Part shown: in pieces, positions 19,248 through 28,534 of the stretch
How positions within the stretch are numbered: position 1 is the first letter of the stretch
How the letters are laid out: the number at the start of each line of letters is the position of its first letter
DNA from: Klebsiella phage Miami
Length of the DNA stretch: 64,000 nt
Sequence record: MT701590.1
Reading direction: 5' to 3' (one strand)
Translations under genes and position numbers: made by a program
The notes under the pieces: model-generated
What the model was told of the DNA's origin: nothing
Seen by the model: only the letters and a program-made list of their open reading frames with translations
The model's database searches: none

Positions 19248-19664
19248 ATGAAAAATATCTTTATCGCCCTCTCTCTGTTCGTTTTCTCTTTCTCTGCACT
19301 GGCTGAAGATTTTGTCTGTAAGACGGAAGCCTATGTCGCTGATCCGAAAGGAACTGATCCGGCCGTAATAACTCACGGTGTTTACAGTTTTGATTACAAT
19401 CGCTCTACCGATGTTTTAACCAAAATTGATGGTAAGAAAGATGACTTCGCAGTCCCTACCTTTGCAGTAGGTAAGGACGACAAAGGCATCACCGTCCGCG
19501 TGGGGTATAAAGGCAAAATGGTATATTGGTTTGGGTTTAACGGCCGTGCTATCGATTCCGTCATTCTGGCGGAACATAAAACCATGATAACCCGAGATTC
19601 TTTTAAAGGGGATACCATGGCGAAAACTGTTTATTTGAAAATGTACAGCGACTGTTCTTATTAA
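19248..19664 (+). CDS. secreted protein with signal peptide (138 aa)
   Basis: N-terminus MKNIFIALSLFVFSFSALA. Confidence 0.55.
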   Translation: MKNIFIALSLFVFSFSALAEDFVCKTEAYVADPKGTDPAVITHGVYSFDYNRSTDVLTKIDGKKDDFAVPTFAVGKDDKGITVRVGYKGKMVYWFGFNGRAIDSVILAEHKTMITRDSFKGDTMAKTVYLKMYSDCSY

Positions 19665-19673
19665 GGGACGACG

Positions 19674-20369
19674 ATGAAAAGAAATGTGTTTGTCGAAATG
19701 CTCGACAACGGAGTGAGGATAAGAGCGCTTTCAGAAGATGGTAAATCCACACTGATCGACCACACGTTCACCACTCAATCGTTGTTGACTTCCGAACAGT
19801 TTCGACACCTAGTGGACATCGCAGAAGAGAATTGGGAGATCGAAAGCCAGTTTAGAAGGTCTGTTCAGCTGTCTGTCCACTGGGGGGTAGTTACCAAGGA
19901 AATTGTAGACGGGTTAACTGAATACATCGGCGATCGTAAAGTTGCTGAACTGGGTTGCGGGCACGGTTATCTTCTTTCTTGTTTAAAAGAAAAAGGAGTC
20001 GATATCCGAGGATACGACCTGGGGATCGAATCAGGAGAGGCCGAAGAATGGTTGGGGTCTAAACTCGTAACTGATAAAAAGCACCATTTGTTTGCTTCTT
20101 ATACTTCGGGTAATTATAACGAACTCTCGTTCGATTATTACGATATCATTCTCATGGTCTGGCCTCGTAATGCCGACCAAGCATTACTCAAAATGAAGCC
20201 TGGGCGGACGCTCATTCTCATCGGGGAATTGGACGGCTGCACCGGAGGTCCTCTTCAAGAGAGGATTTTGGATGAGCGTTTTGAAGTCATAGAAGAAAAT
20301 TTCTTAGGGGAGCATTTTATTCGTTGGCCTGGATTGTACGACAAGATTAACATTTATCGTAAAAACTGA
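19674..20369 (+). CDS. SAM-dependent methyltransferase-like protein
   Basis: Motif I VAELGCGHGYLLSCLKEKGVDIRGYDLG. No DPPY or NPPY motif, so not an obvious DNA MTase. Confidence 0.45.
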   Translation: MKRNVFVEMLDNGVRIRALSEDGKSTLIDHTFTTQSLLTSEQFRHLVDIAEENWEIESQFRRSVQLSVHWGVVTKEIVDGLTEYIGDRKVAELGCGHGYLLSCLKEKGVDIRGYDLGIESGEAEEWLGSKLVTDKKHHLFASYTSGNYNELSFDYYDIILMVWPRNADQALLKMKPGRTLILIGELDGCTGGPLQERILDERFEVIEENFLGEHFIRWPGLYDKINIYRKN

Positions 20370-20396
20370 CATCAACTTTATTTAGGGAAACGTATC

Positions 20397-20852
20397 ATGT
20401 CATTACTGAAAAACATCGTTATTAAATCTTCTTCTATTTCCGCCATCTGCGGGATTCCGACTTATAAGGATAAACCTTGCGCTTACACCAACGTGGGGTT
20501 CAATCGCAAACTTTACGGCACTGGCGTGGATTACGTCCTTGATAATTCGGATGGGATCCTCAAACAAACTAATCTGGATGAAGCCAGTTCTGATCAGCCG
20601 ACTAAGCTTAACGGTGTTTTCATTATTAAACACATGACTGGGTTGGTTGACGGCAATTCCTGCGTAATCGGGGTTAAGGATGACGTTATCCTTTGCGTAG
20701 CGGATAGCAAGGGTCTTATTTGGACCCACCCCACCCATTCCACAATGACCATTCAGGATGAATGCCTCAAAGAGGTGATGACTCCGGATGGATTCGAGCA
20801 GTATAAGCTGGGGCGCAAACGTCGCTTCTCTGACGATCTGGCTTTCTTTTAA
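20397..20852 (+). CDS. hypothetical protein (151 aa)
   Basis: Conserved leader tttagggaaacgtatcATG. Confidence 0.5.
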   Translation: MSLLKNIVIKSSSISAICGIPTYKDKPCAYTNVGFNRKLYGTGVDYVLDNSDGILKQTNLDEASSDQPTKLNGVFIIKHMTGLVDGNSCVIGVKDDVILCVADSKGLIWTHPTHSTMTIQDECLKEVMTPDGFEQYKLGRKRRFSDDLAFF

Positions 20853-20864
20853 AGGAAACGAAAA

Positions 20865-21179
20865 ATGCACTCGCAACTCACGACCATTATCGACACGGTA
20901 GAACGGGTTAAAAACGATCGGTTTAATCCCGAGACCTTCATCACCAGTCGAAAAGTAAGCACCAACGATATGGTGTTTTCTTACAGTTATCTTTTGGGTA
21001 ATCTTTACATCAAAGGTGCGTTCGACGACGGCGAATTCGAAATCTTCAAAGATCACGCTACCTGGCAGGTTTGGATCTGGGGTGAAAAGAAACCTGATCG
21101 CTGTCAGTTCTCCTGTCCTGAACACGGGTACGATAAAGTAAAACACTTTATCGAAACCACTTTCCCAGAAACGAAATAA
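20865..21179 (+). CDS. hypothetical protein (104 aa)
   Basis: AAAGGAAACG SD sequence. Confidence 0.5.
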   Translation: MHSQLTTIIDTVERVKNDRFNPETFITSRKVSTNDMVFSYSYLLGNLYIKGAFDDGEFEIFKDHATWQVWIWGEKKPDRCQFSCPEHGYDKVKHFIETTFPETK

Positions 21180-21225
21180 CTTAATCGGGAGGAAACTCCC
21201 GATTGATAGATTAGGAAACCACGCC

Positions 21226-21690
21226 ATGTCCGATATTTTTGAAGCTAAGACTTATATCGAAATCGTTTCTTGTTCTGATGACGAGGTGATTCTTAGAGAT
21301 ACTCGCCATGACGGGATCTTGAAAATTAAATGCCTCGGTGATTTAAAAGGAACCGCCGTCTGTTCTGAAATCCAACATGCTTTTATTTACGGTAATCTGT
21401 TGCTGAGAATCAAAGGAGAGAATACTTTCTTCTGCAAAGAAGGGTTTGACCTATCAGGTAACGTTCAAATCCATAACGTTGTTCTTCTCGACCCTATTTT
21501 GGAAGATGCTTCTCTGATCGACGTTGAACTCCCTAATGCAGAGTTAAGCGTCCGTTTTGCTTCTCTTGAAAACGTTCCTTCTTATAAGCGACCAAAGAAA
21601 ATTACCTTGGCTTACGGGTTGTATGCAGGAAGCGATCTTTGTGGTTCTTCAGATATTAACCGTATTAACAGATCGAATGTAAGAGTCTAA
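21226..21690 (+). CDS. hypothetical protein (154 aa)
   Basis: Conserved leader. Confidence 0.5.
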   Translation: MSDIFEAKTYIEIVSCSDDEVILRDTRHDGILKIKCLGDLKGTAVCSEIQHAFIYGNLLLRIKGENTFFCKEGFDLSGNVQIHNVVLLDPILEDASLIDVELPNAELSVRFASLENVPSYKRPKKITLAYGLYAGSDLCGSSDINRINRSNVRV

Positions 21691-21715
21691 AATATTTATA
21701 TCACGGGAGATTAAA

Positions 21716-22108
21716 ATGGTTACTGTCGATTTAACAATGGGCTGTGTGACTCGTCTGGGTCTAATCATCAACAGAATCCAAAATTATCCGCGTCGTAAGG
21801 ACCTCAAAGATTTAGCTCCGCTATTTATCTTTGATGAAACCAATTGGTTTTATCCGCGTTGCGAAATAAAGTGGAATAACTCGGAAGCCTTAATCACCTG
21901 GTTGGGGTTGGTGGCTGACGAATTTCCCGAAGTCGGTGAAGAAGTCGAATTGATCGTTCGTGCGATCGAGGGTAAAACGTCCGGTCGGGTCAGTATTTTT
22001 GATTTACTCAATACCCCCACCCACCAACACCTTCTCCTGGTTTGGGATATCCATGAGAAGAAAACAACGGTTAAACATCCCGGCGGGGACCATCCCTATT
22101 CGAAATAA
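21716..22108 (+). CDS. hypothetical protein (130 aa), paralog of 17726..18091
   Basis: See 17726 for the shared motifs. Confidence 0.5.
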   Translation: MVTVDLTMGCVTRLGLIINRIQNYPRRKDLKDLAPLFIFDETNWFYPRCEIKWNNSEALITWLGLVADEFPEVGEEVELIVRAIEGKTSGRVSIFDLLNTPTHQHLLLVWDIHEKKTTVKHPGGDHPYSK

Positions 22109-22127
22109 CAAAATAAGGAGATGAGAA

Positions 22128-22460
22128 ATGGGCTTACCCTCTCGTTTCGCAGAAGAAATGTTTACCCCTATTACAGGGTATGCATTTTCAGAGAAAATAA
22201 ATCCCGGATATTTGGTCTCGTTGAAAGGGATTTCATACAAATCGGATATCTCGTTTTTAGAAAACCTCGGCGATATCGAGGAGTTCACTAAAGAGTTTAT
22301 CGATCAGGATTTCCAGTTCACGCTGGGGGTCGTCGTCGGAGTGACCGATTTGGAACTCATCGTAAAACTTCGGACAGGGGACCACGTTAAGATCTCTGAC
22401 ATAGGTGACGGAGAAATCGTCATTGCTCCGACAGTAAAAATCGCCGAGCGTTGGATATAA
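22128..22460 (+). CDS. hypothetical protein (110 aa)
   Basis: Co-oriented ORF. Confidence 0.5.
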   Translation: MGLPSRFAEEMFTPITGYAFSEKINPGYLVSLKGISYKSDISFLENLGDIEEFTKEFIDQDFQFTLGVVVGVTDLELIVKLRTGDHVKISDIGDGEIVIAPTVKIAERWI

Positions 22461-22484
22461 GACAACCTTTTAGGAATTGACACC

Positions 22485-22862
22485 ATGTCTAAGTTATCAT
22501 CTTCAGCGGTAAATGATTTATTTTGTGACTGTTTGGCTGAATCAGAAGAAGATCCCGACGTAAAGGTCGTAGTGGGTATCGTAGGGGTCTTTATCTTCGA
22601 TCCCGCTAAACTTATTGAAAACAAAGAAAGTATCGTTTCTTTTCTCATGGAGCTTCCTGAGAAATTTCAGGAAGAGAAAGGAGGCGGGTGGAGTTTCCTC
22701 GAAGCTTGTATGGACAAAGAGGGAAACCACTGGGCAGAACATCCAACCATCGAACGGCTAATGGGTCTGGGGATCGCCATAGATAAAGTAGAATACGTTC
22801 TACCGCGCGAAATGTGGTCCGTCCTCCCAGGCGGAATGCCGTATTTTGTTATTAAGAAATAA
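22485..22862 (+). CDS. hypothetical protein (125 aa)
   Basis: Conserved leader. Confidence 0.5.
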   Translation: MSKLSSSAVNDLFCDCLAESEEDPDVKVVVGIVGVFIFDPAKLIENKESIVSFLMELPEKFQEEKGGGWSFLEACMDKEGNHWAEHPTIERLMGLGIAIDKVEYVLPREMWSVLPGGMPYFVIKK

Positions 22863-22891
22863 CCAAACCTAACTTTTGAAAGGAACATCCA

Positions 22892-23350
22892 ATGAAAAGC
22901 ATCGTTTTAGTTTTACTCTCTTTCTTTTCCGCTTCCGTATTTGCTGGTGCAATGGGAATGGTCGATCCTCTGGACGTTGTAGGTGATCGTTGTGCCCCAG
23001 GTGATATCGTCTTTTACGGTCAAACTGAAAAAGGACATAAAGAAGTTCTCGTCTGCCGTTGGGACAATGATGTCTTTTACTCCTACGGTAAGATCGGTCA
23101 GAAACCCGAGCTGTATCTCAAAGTCAACGTTCGCGACGTAAGGGCTCAGGTTGAAGACACCGACAACACCAGCGGCGAACAAGTCATTATCAAAAATGGT
23201 AATGTGCTTTATTACGTTGGCGCGAAATCTTACTTCAACGAAGCCAAAGATGTAGGTTGGGTTAACGTTACCGATACCGATGGTAAAAAGATCGTTAACA
23301 TTCCACTGGTAGGCAGCGGAACCATAAGCGATATCCGTAACCAATTTTAA
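22892..23350 (+). CDS. secreted protein with signal peptide (152 aa)
   Basis: MKSIVLVLLSFFSASVFA. Confidence 0.55.
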   Translation: MKSIVLVLLSFFSASVFAGAMGMVDPLDVVGDRCAPGDIVFYGQTEKGHKEVLVCRWDNDVFYSYGKIGQKPELYLKVNVRDVRAQVEDTDNTSGEQVIIKNGNVLYYVGAKSYFNEAKDVGWVNVTDTDGKKIVNIPLVGSGTISDIRNQF

Positions 23351-23364
23351 CTGAGAAGATTAAG

Positions 23365-23712
23365 ATGACGTATAAAGAGCTCAACGAACTACTCTCTACC
23401 AAAACACCGACCGAACAGTTTGTTTGGTTGGAAGCTGAAGTTAAACGCCTCGGTCTCGAGATCACCGATAAGCGCCACGCCGATTGGATGACTGAAGGAA
23501 AGCAAGATCCTTTCGGAGGACAGTATGACGGCGATGACCGCCCGCATCAGTCTCAACGTACCGACTATGTCGTAGGGAACGCGGTTTACCTGGCGGATCG
23601 GCACGACCTCAGTCTCATCGCTCAACAAACCGAAGCTAAAGAACGCATCCGCTGGCTATCCCGGCAGTTGTATAAACATCGATTAATCCAGGCCATCCTT
23701 TTAGCCGAATAA
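23365..23712 (+). CDS. hypothetical protein (115 aa)
   Basis: Co-oriented ORF. Confidence 0.5.
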   Translation: MTYKELNELLSTKTPTEQFVWLEAEVKRLGLEITDKRHADWMTEGKQDPFGGQYDGDDRPHQSQRTDYVVGNAVYLADRHDLSLIAQQTEAKERIRWLSRQLYKHRLIQAILLAE

Positions 23713-23725
23713 CAAAGGTATCACC

Positions 23726-24079
23726 GTGAAAAACATTTTAGGTCTCATCATCCTGTTCTTTCTGGCAACAACCCCGGCCCGAGCCCACTTGTTTGGACCG
23801 GTGGACCAAGTCAACATCCGTGGTTACGAAACGACTCTGATCAACATGCGGTTAAAATCGGATCGTAACGACTACTACGCGTTTAGCGTCGGAGACGTCA
23901 CTAAGGTGGACAGTAAGGGCAATCCGGTTAAGATGTACGTGATGGCTGGCATGGAAGCCATTTTCCCGATGACCATCAGTAACAAGTACATTAAAAACGA
24001 CCACATCAAGATCTGTTCCTGGCCTCTTGATGCCCACTCGCAATTCACCGGAAAGGTATGCTTCGATGTTCGCGTATAA
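23726..24079 (+). CDS. secreted protein with signal peptide (117 aa)
   Basis: GTG start. MKNILGLIILFFLATTPARA. Confidence 0.5.
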   Translation: MKNILGLIILFFLATTPARAHLFGPVDQVNIRGYETTLINMRLKSDRNDYYAFSVGDVTKVDSKGNPVKMYVMAGMEAIFPMTISNKYIKNDHIKICSWPLDAHSQFTGKVCFDVRV

Positions 24080-24461
24080 AACACTCATCATCCTCATTGC
24101 AGCGTTTTTCACTAACCTGGCGTTAGCTGACGCACCCTACATGACTAACAACACCGCCTCGTCTTCTGAACGAGTACAGGTCGGTGATGTGAGTTGCGAT
24201 TCTTCTAAACCACAGTCGACTATTAATATAGGAGCTTACGGTAACAACGGCAATCGTTACAGTTACGAAGATTCTGATAAAGGCGGGTTCGTATCCATCT
24301 CCATCCCTATCGGGGAATCTGCCGTAAAGACGGATTGCTCGCGCCTCTATGACTTAGGCGTGAAGATGAAAGAAGTTGAATTAAAACAGCGTGAAATGGC
24401 TGTTGCTGCCGCCGAAGAAAACCTTCGGCTCCAACAGCAGCGAGCTTTAGATTTCAAATAA
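24066..24461 (+). CDS. secreted protein with signal peptide and C-terminal coiled coil (131 aa)
   Basis: Start moved to the ATG giving MFAYKTLIILIAAFFTNLALA. Overlaps the upstream stop. Confidence 0.5.
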   Translation: MFAYKTLIILIAAFFTNLALADAPYMTNNTASSSERVQVGDVSCDSSKPQSTINIGAYGNNGNRYSYEDSDKGGFVSISIPIGESAVKTDCSRLYDLGVKMKEVELKQREMAVAAAEENLRLQQQRALDFK

Positions 24462-24506
24462 CCAACCTTAACGTTATACCAACCAACCCAACAGGAAAAT
24501 TCCTAA

Positions 24507-24998
24507 ATGAAAAAGATCATGATCGCTATTGCTCTTCTGTCTACCACAGCATTCGCCAACGCCGCTTCTGAGCAGGTATGGAACGCGTCTCTCACCAACA
24601 GCCAAATCACCTGCGGCATCGACTACACCGGCGGCACCCAGGTTGAAGGCGGTATTCTTACCGCTAACGAAAGCGGGACGAATACATCCAAAGCGATTTC
24701 CTTCACCCTGATCGCGAACACGCAAAACGTCAACTGGCAGATCACCGAAGCCAAACTGGTTCAAAACACCGGCCGGTTTGATTTCAGCGATAACCTGCTG
24801 AGTGTAAACGATAAGACCAAAACGTCGGTCTACATCAACGATCAGGAATACGCGTGGCCTGACGCCGCTCAAGCTAAAGCGTTGGCCAGCAATTCTCGCG
24901 TGATCAAACTGGCGCCGAAAATCAATCTGGAACAGTCGGTCTTCCCGATTGGCCAAACAAGGATCGCTGGGAAAATTGTGATTACGTGCACGCAGTAA
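24507..24998 (+). CDS. secreted fimbrial-subunit-like protein (163 aa)
   Basis: Signal peptide MKKIMIAIALLSTTAFANA. Ser/Thr/Asn-rich beta protein with two Cys. Markedly higher GC and host-like high-expression codons. Confidence 0.45.
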   Translation: MKKIMIAIALLSTTAFANAASEQVWNASLTNSQITCGIDYTGGTQVEGGILTANESGTNTSKAISFTLIANTQNVNWQITEAKLVQNTGRFDFSDNLLSVNDKTKTSVYINDQEYAWPDAAQAKALASNSRVIKLAPKINLEQSVFPIGQTRIAGKIVITCTQ

Positions 24999-25013
24999 AT
25001 TAGGTTTACTTAT

Positions 25014-25049
25014 TTTAACCTACCGACCGGTTGGTCGGTAGGTTAAAAA
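25014..25049 (+). terminator. terminator-like palindrome aacctaccgacc..ggtcggtaggtt
   Basis: 12-bp stem directly after the stop codon. Confidence 0.55.
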
Positions 25050-25069
25050 CTTTTAAGTAAGGATATGAA

Positions 25070-26089
25070 ATGGGGCGGCTACCAACGAAATCTAAACATG
25101 AAATATACCTTGAAAGAGTTAAATTAAAACATAATAATTTTTATGATTACTCTAAAACTATCTTTACCGGGTCTCTGAACACAGTAAAAATAATTTGTCC
25201 TATTCACGGTGAATTCGAACAACGAGCATCCAAACATTTAGAGGGGTGTGGGTGTAAACAATGTGGAACCGACCGACAGCGAAAGGCTCTAAATAAAACA
25301 ACGGAAGATTTCATTAAAGAAGCCAAGGCAATTCACGGAGAAACATACGACTACTCACAAACGGTTTACTCAAATGGCCACTTCCCGGTAAAAATAATTT
25401 GCAGAACTCACGGTGTATTCTATCAGACGCCCTCCAATCACATTGGAGCGCATAAACATGGGTGTCAAAAATGTGTCTATGATAGCTTACGACTCGGATC
25501 TAAAATATTCATTGATCGGGCGAAAGAAGTGCATGGCGATAGGTACGATTATTCTAAAGTCGTTTACAATAAAAACTCTGAAGAGGTCGTCATCGTTTGT
25601 AAAGAACATGGGGAGTTCAAACAAACACCAAATACCCACACTGTCGACAAATCAGGGTGTCCCAGCTGTTCCAAAAAATTCACCAGAATGGTTCCGCTAA
25701 CGGTTTACTTTATAGTAAGCGAGGACCTTAAATTCATCAAGATAGGTGTTACACGATCTTTAGTAGGTAGATTAAAAACTCTCTTCTCTGCACGCCACAC
25801 CAAATTAATAGGATTCAATTCTTTCTTTTACACTAGAAAGTTTTATTCTGATGGTTACGAGGCTGGAGAAGCGGAGCGTAGTTTCAAAAATATGTTTTCA
25901 GAGTATAACGCCGGTTTCCTTATTGAAGGCTACTCTGGATCAACAGAATGGTTCAAGCTTAACCAAATAATTCTTAACTGGATAAAGGAGAATATAGACG
26001 ATCAACTCGATTTAACAGCACCGCCCTCTAACGCACGGTTAGGTTTAGACTCGATTCCTGGACAACCCGCATCCAAGGCAAGATTGTGA
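25070..26089 (+). CDS. T5orf172 (GIY-YIG-like) domain protein with three N-terminal Cys/His zinc-binding repeats
   Basis: Three ~50-aa repeats of ..HGxxYDYSxxxYxxxxxxVxIICxxHGxFxQxxxxHxxxxGCxxC. C-terminus YFIVSEDLKFIKIGVT...GSTEWFKL matches the T5orf172 signature (..GxxEWF). AT-rich gene. Confidence 0.55.
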   Translation: MGRLPTKSKHEIYLERVKLKHNNFYDYSKTIFTGSLNTVKIICPIHGEFEQRASKHLEGCGCKQCGTDRQRKALNKTTEDFIKEAKAIHGETYDYSQTVYSNGHFPVKIICRTHGVFYQTPSNHIGAHKHGCQKCVYDSLRLGSKIFIDRAKEVHGDRYDYSKVVYNKNSEEVVIVCKEHGEFKQTPNTHTVDKSGCPSCSKKFTRMVPLTVYFIVSEDLKFIKIGVTRSLVGRLKTLFSARHTKLIGFNSFFYTRKFYSDGYEAGEAERSFKNMFSEYNAGFLIEGYSGSTEWFKLNQIILNWIKENIDDQLDLTAPPSNARLGLDSIPGQPASKARL

Positions 26090-26179
26090 TCAACTGCATT
26101 CAGTAATCGTCATCTGTACTTCTTCAATAGGGGGAACGCTTCCCCTATTTTTCTCCATCTCACTTTTAGGAAAACACAA

Positions 26180-26578
26180 ATGTCTACTATCTCTCAAAAC
26201 TCAACTACTGATATGAACGGCAAAGTGACTTTTAATAAAGGCGCTTTCCCGCAGCTGATGACCCCAACTTTCATGATCTTCATCTGGGCCTATCAGCCGG
26301 TTATGAACGCCATCCAGGGCTGGAACCCGGCCATCGGTTTCATCTTCGCCTTTGTCGTCTTCCTGATCTGGTTTTGTCATGACCGCGCATTCTTGGCTTC
26401 ACAAGGTGCGTTCGTCCCTCACTGGCTTTGGTTCCTTTTCGTTCCGGTGTATATCTATAAACGCCAGAAACGTAACGGTAATAGCCGTTGGTGGGTTGTC
26501 TTCTGGCTGATCAGTGTATTAATGGGTCTGGTGGTTTCCGCCGCCACTATGGCAGTATTCCATCCCCAGGGTTACTAA
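26180..26578 (+). CDS. integral membrane protein (132 aa, 3-4 TM)
   Basis: Trp/Phe-rich hydrophobic segments. Highly-expressed codon signature. Confidence 0.55.
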   Translation: MSTISQNSTTDMNGKVTFNKGAFPQLMTPTFMIFIWAYQPVMNAIQGWNPAIGFIFAFVVFLIWFCHDRAFLASQGAFVPHWLWFLFVPVYIYKRQKRNGNSRWWVVFWLISVLMGLVVSAATMAVFHPQGY

Positions 26579-26586
26579 TTTCATAT

Positions 26587-26630
26587 GTGAGGCGGAATTC
26601 CGCCTCACAAAAACTCTCTTTTATTTTTTA
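26587..26630 (+). terminator. rho-independent terminator tgtgaggcggaattccgcctcaca plus T-rich tract
   Basis: Perfect palindromic stem followed by a T-rich tract. Confidence 0.75.
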
Positions 26631-26636
26631 TTTATT

Positions 26637-26656
26637 TCTTAGGAATAAACATCATG
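26637..26656 (+). promoter_or_regulatory. conserved translation-initiation motif instance (tcttaggaataaacatcATG)
   Basis: Matches the window-wide leader consensus. Confidence 0.6.
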
Positions 26657-27298
26657 GCAACTCCACGTAAAAAGAAACCTGCAACAAAAAACCGCATGAC
26701 TTTCGAACAAAAACGTCTGTCTGAAATCATTAAGAAAGTCTATCACGAGCTTTATTTTGTCGGGGCGTCTTTTTATAAACCGACGGCGGTCAACGCCAAT
26801 AAGCTCTTCTTGGGCGCTCAGGGCAAGGAAGTGCATACCGCCAGGAGAATTCTATTAGATCATTTGATCAGCCTTAAGACGAACTGGCCTTTATGGGTTG
26901 GGTGTTTCTTCAATACCCCTAATGGAATCTCTGTGGCTACCGCAGACTCTTTATGGGAAGCAGAGACGATGTTATCCTTCGGGGGACAGTTCAATAAAAG
27001 AATAGAGACTGTGGTAGATGGCATCATCGAAGCTGAAAATGACCCCGACTGCACTCGGGAAACATTGATAGGCTACGGATATTTCTTTAGCCACTGCGAC
27101 ATCTACAACATGTCTGGGACAGACGAACGTTTAGTAAAACTGATGCTCCCCTATATGGATAAACATTTGGCTAAAGAAGTTAAACCAGAAGACGTCGTCG
27201 TTAGCACAGACCTTTTGATCGAATCAATAGTCAAACGTGGTGGGGTCGCTAAAGATGGCAAAATCGAAGAATACATCGAGGTGTCGGAGGAGTGGTGA
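26654..27298 (+). CDS. hypothetical protein (214 aa)
   Basis: Conserved leader. Confidence 0.5.
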   Translation: MATPRKKKPATKNRMTFEQKRLSEIIKKVYHELYFVGASFYKPTAVNANKLFLGAQGKEVHTARRILLDHLISLKTNWPLWVGCFFNTPNGISVATADSLWEAETMLSFGGQFNKRIETVVDGIIEAENDPDCTRETLIGYGYFFSHCDIYNMSGTDERLVKLMLPYMDKHLAKEVKPEDVVVSTDLLIESIVKRGGVAKDGKIEEYIEVSEEW

Positions 27299-27852
27299 AA
27301 CGATTATACCTGTTACTCATTTTGCTCGGATTAAGTTTTAGTAGTTTGGCCAGAGTCGACATCGTCCTGGTCTGTAACAAAGTTGGAGAGACCAAAGGAA
27401 CTGGGGTTGTTAAACCGACTCTTTACAACACCGACATCAATTATTTTATAATTTCCAAAAATAAAATCTCGTTACTTAATGGGCGTTACGGTGGGGTTCT
27501 TATGGAACTGCCTTTTTTCCTTTTTCATGATAAAGGAAAAATAGAAGGTAGTGGGACTGCTGGGTACGATAAGATCGATCTCGGTTTTACTAACGGCGAC
27601 CTCGTCATAAACCTCACTAGGTTCACGAAATTCATAGCGACCCCGGATAACAAAGAGAACAAAGTAGATAAAACGATTGAGTTCTCAGAATGTTATATTT
27701 TGGATCGGATTATCACGCCTGATGTAGAAGAAGCAGTACCTTTCTCTGAAACTGATAATAGTGATGTTAAAGGCAGAAGAGGTCCTGGTCCGGGACCTGG
27801 TCCGGCTAATCCAGGCGGTCACCCCAACGGTCCTCCGGGACCACCCCGTTAA
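27292..27852 (+). CDS. secreted protein with Pro/Gly-rich C-terminus (186 aa)
   Basis: Signal peptide MVKRLYLLLILLGLSFSSLA. C-terminus RRGPGPGPGPANPGGHPNGPPGPPR. Confidence 0.5.
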   Translation: MVKRLYLLLILLGLSFSSLARVDIVLVCNKVGETKGTGVVKPTLYNTDINYFIISKNKISLLNGRYGGVLMELPFFLFHDKGKIEGSGTAGYDKIDLGFTNGDLVINLTRFTKFIATPDNKENKVDKTIEFSECYILDRIITPDVEEAVPFSETDNSDVKGRRGPGPGPGPANPGGHPNGPPGPPR

Positions 27853-27870
27853 TTACTCAAAGGAAATATC

Positions 27871-28488
27871 GTGGAAAAAACTATTTTTGACAAGATCGTC
27901 GACTGGTCTACTGAACGCAATATCATCACCGCGGGCAAGCCTTCCGGCCAAGTCCTTAAAGTCATGGAAGAAATGGGAGAAATCGCGGGCGGCGTTGCTC
28001 GCAATAAACTCGATTTGATCAAAGATGCCGTAGGTGATGTTTTGGTCATCATGACCAACGTCGCTAAGATGTACGGGGTTGAACCGTCTTCTGTTATTAC
28101 CTTTGACGAAGATGAACGAGGAGGGCATTTTGAATGGAGCGCAGGTACGATTGGGTTGATCGCGGACATGTACGCCTTTTGGGGGGAAGCTTTTAGCCTT
28201 GTAGAAGATCACGACGTCGAGCGCAATTTTACCGACCTAGACGCCGTCTATTATCCGGTACTCAATATCCTTTATGAGATCGCCCGCCGTTATAACTTTA
28301 CGTTGCAGGAAGCCATCGAAGCGTCTTACGACGAGATTAAAGATCGTAAGGGGGTTTTCTATAATGACGTCTTCGTTAAAGAAGCTGACTTTACTCCGGC
28401 TTGGGCGGTTGAGACGTTAGTGGATAAAGGTCTGTCGATGTCGGCTCGAGGATATCTCTCCCATTGGTTGGCGAGACAAGCCGGTTAG
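27871..28488 (+). CDS. mazG: MazG-like nucleoside triphosphate pyrophosphohydrolase, tandem-domain
   Basis: First domain EEMGEIAGGVARNKLDLIKDAVGDVLV (the EExxE..D..D motif). A second MazG-like repeat (..YEIARRYNFTLQEAIEASYDEIKDRKG) follows. Confidence 0.7.
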   Translation: MEKTIFDKIVDWSTERNIITAGKPSGQVLKVMEEMGEIAGGVARNKLDLIKDAVGDVLVIMTNVAKMYGVEPSSVITFDEDERGGHFEWSAGTIGLIADMYAFWGEAFSLVEDHDVERNFTDLDAVYYPVLNILYEIARRYNFTLQEAIEASYDEIKDRKGVFYNDVFVKEADFTPAWAVETLVDKGLSMSARGYLSHWLARQAG

Positions 28489-28534
28489 TAATCTTTGTGG
28501 GTGGGGCTTCCCACCCCCTATTTAGGAGAAAATT

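Noticed and set aside
24474-24956. 160-aa minus-strand ORF
   Set aside because: Lies antisense to the GC-rich fimbrial-like gene. Long stop-free antisense frames are expected in GC-rich codon-optimised genes.
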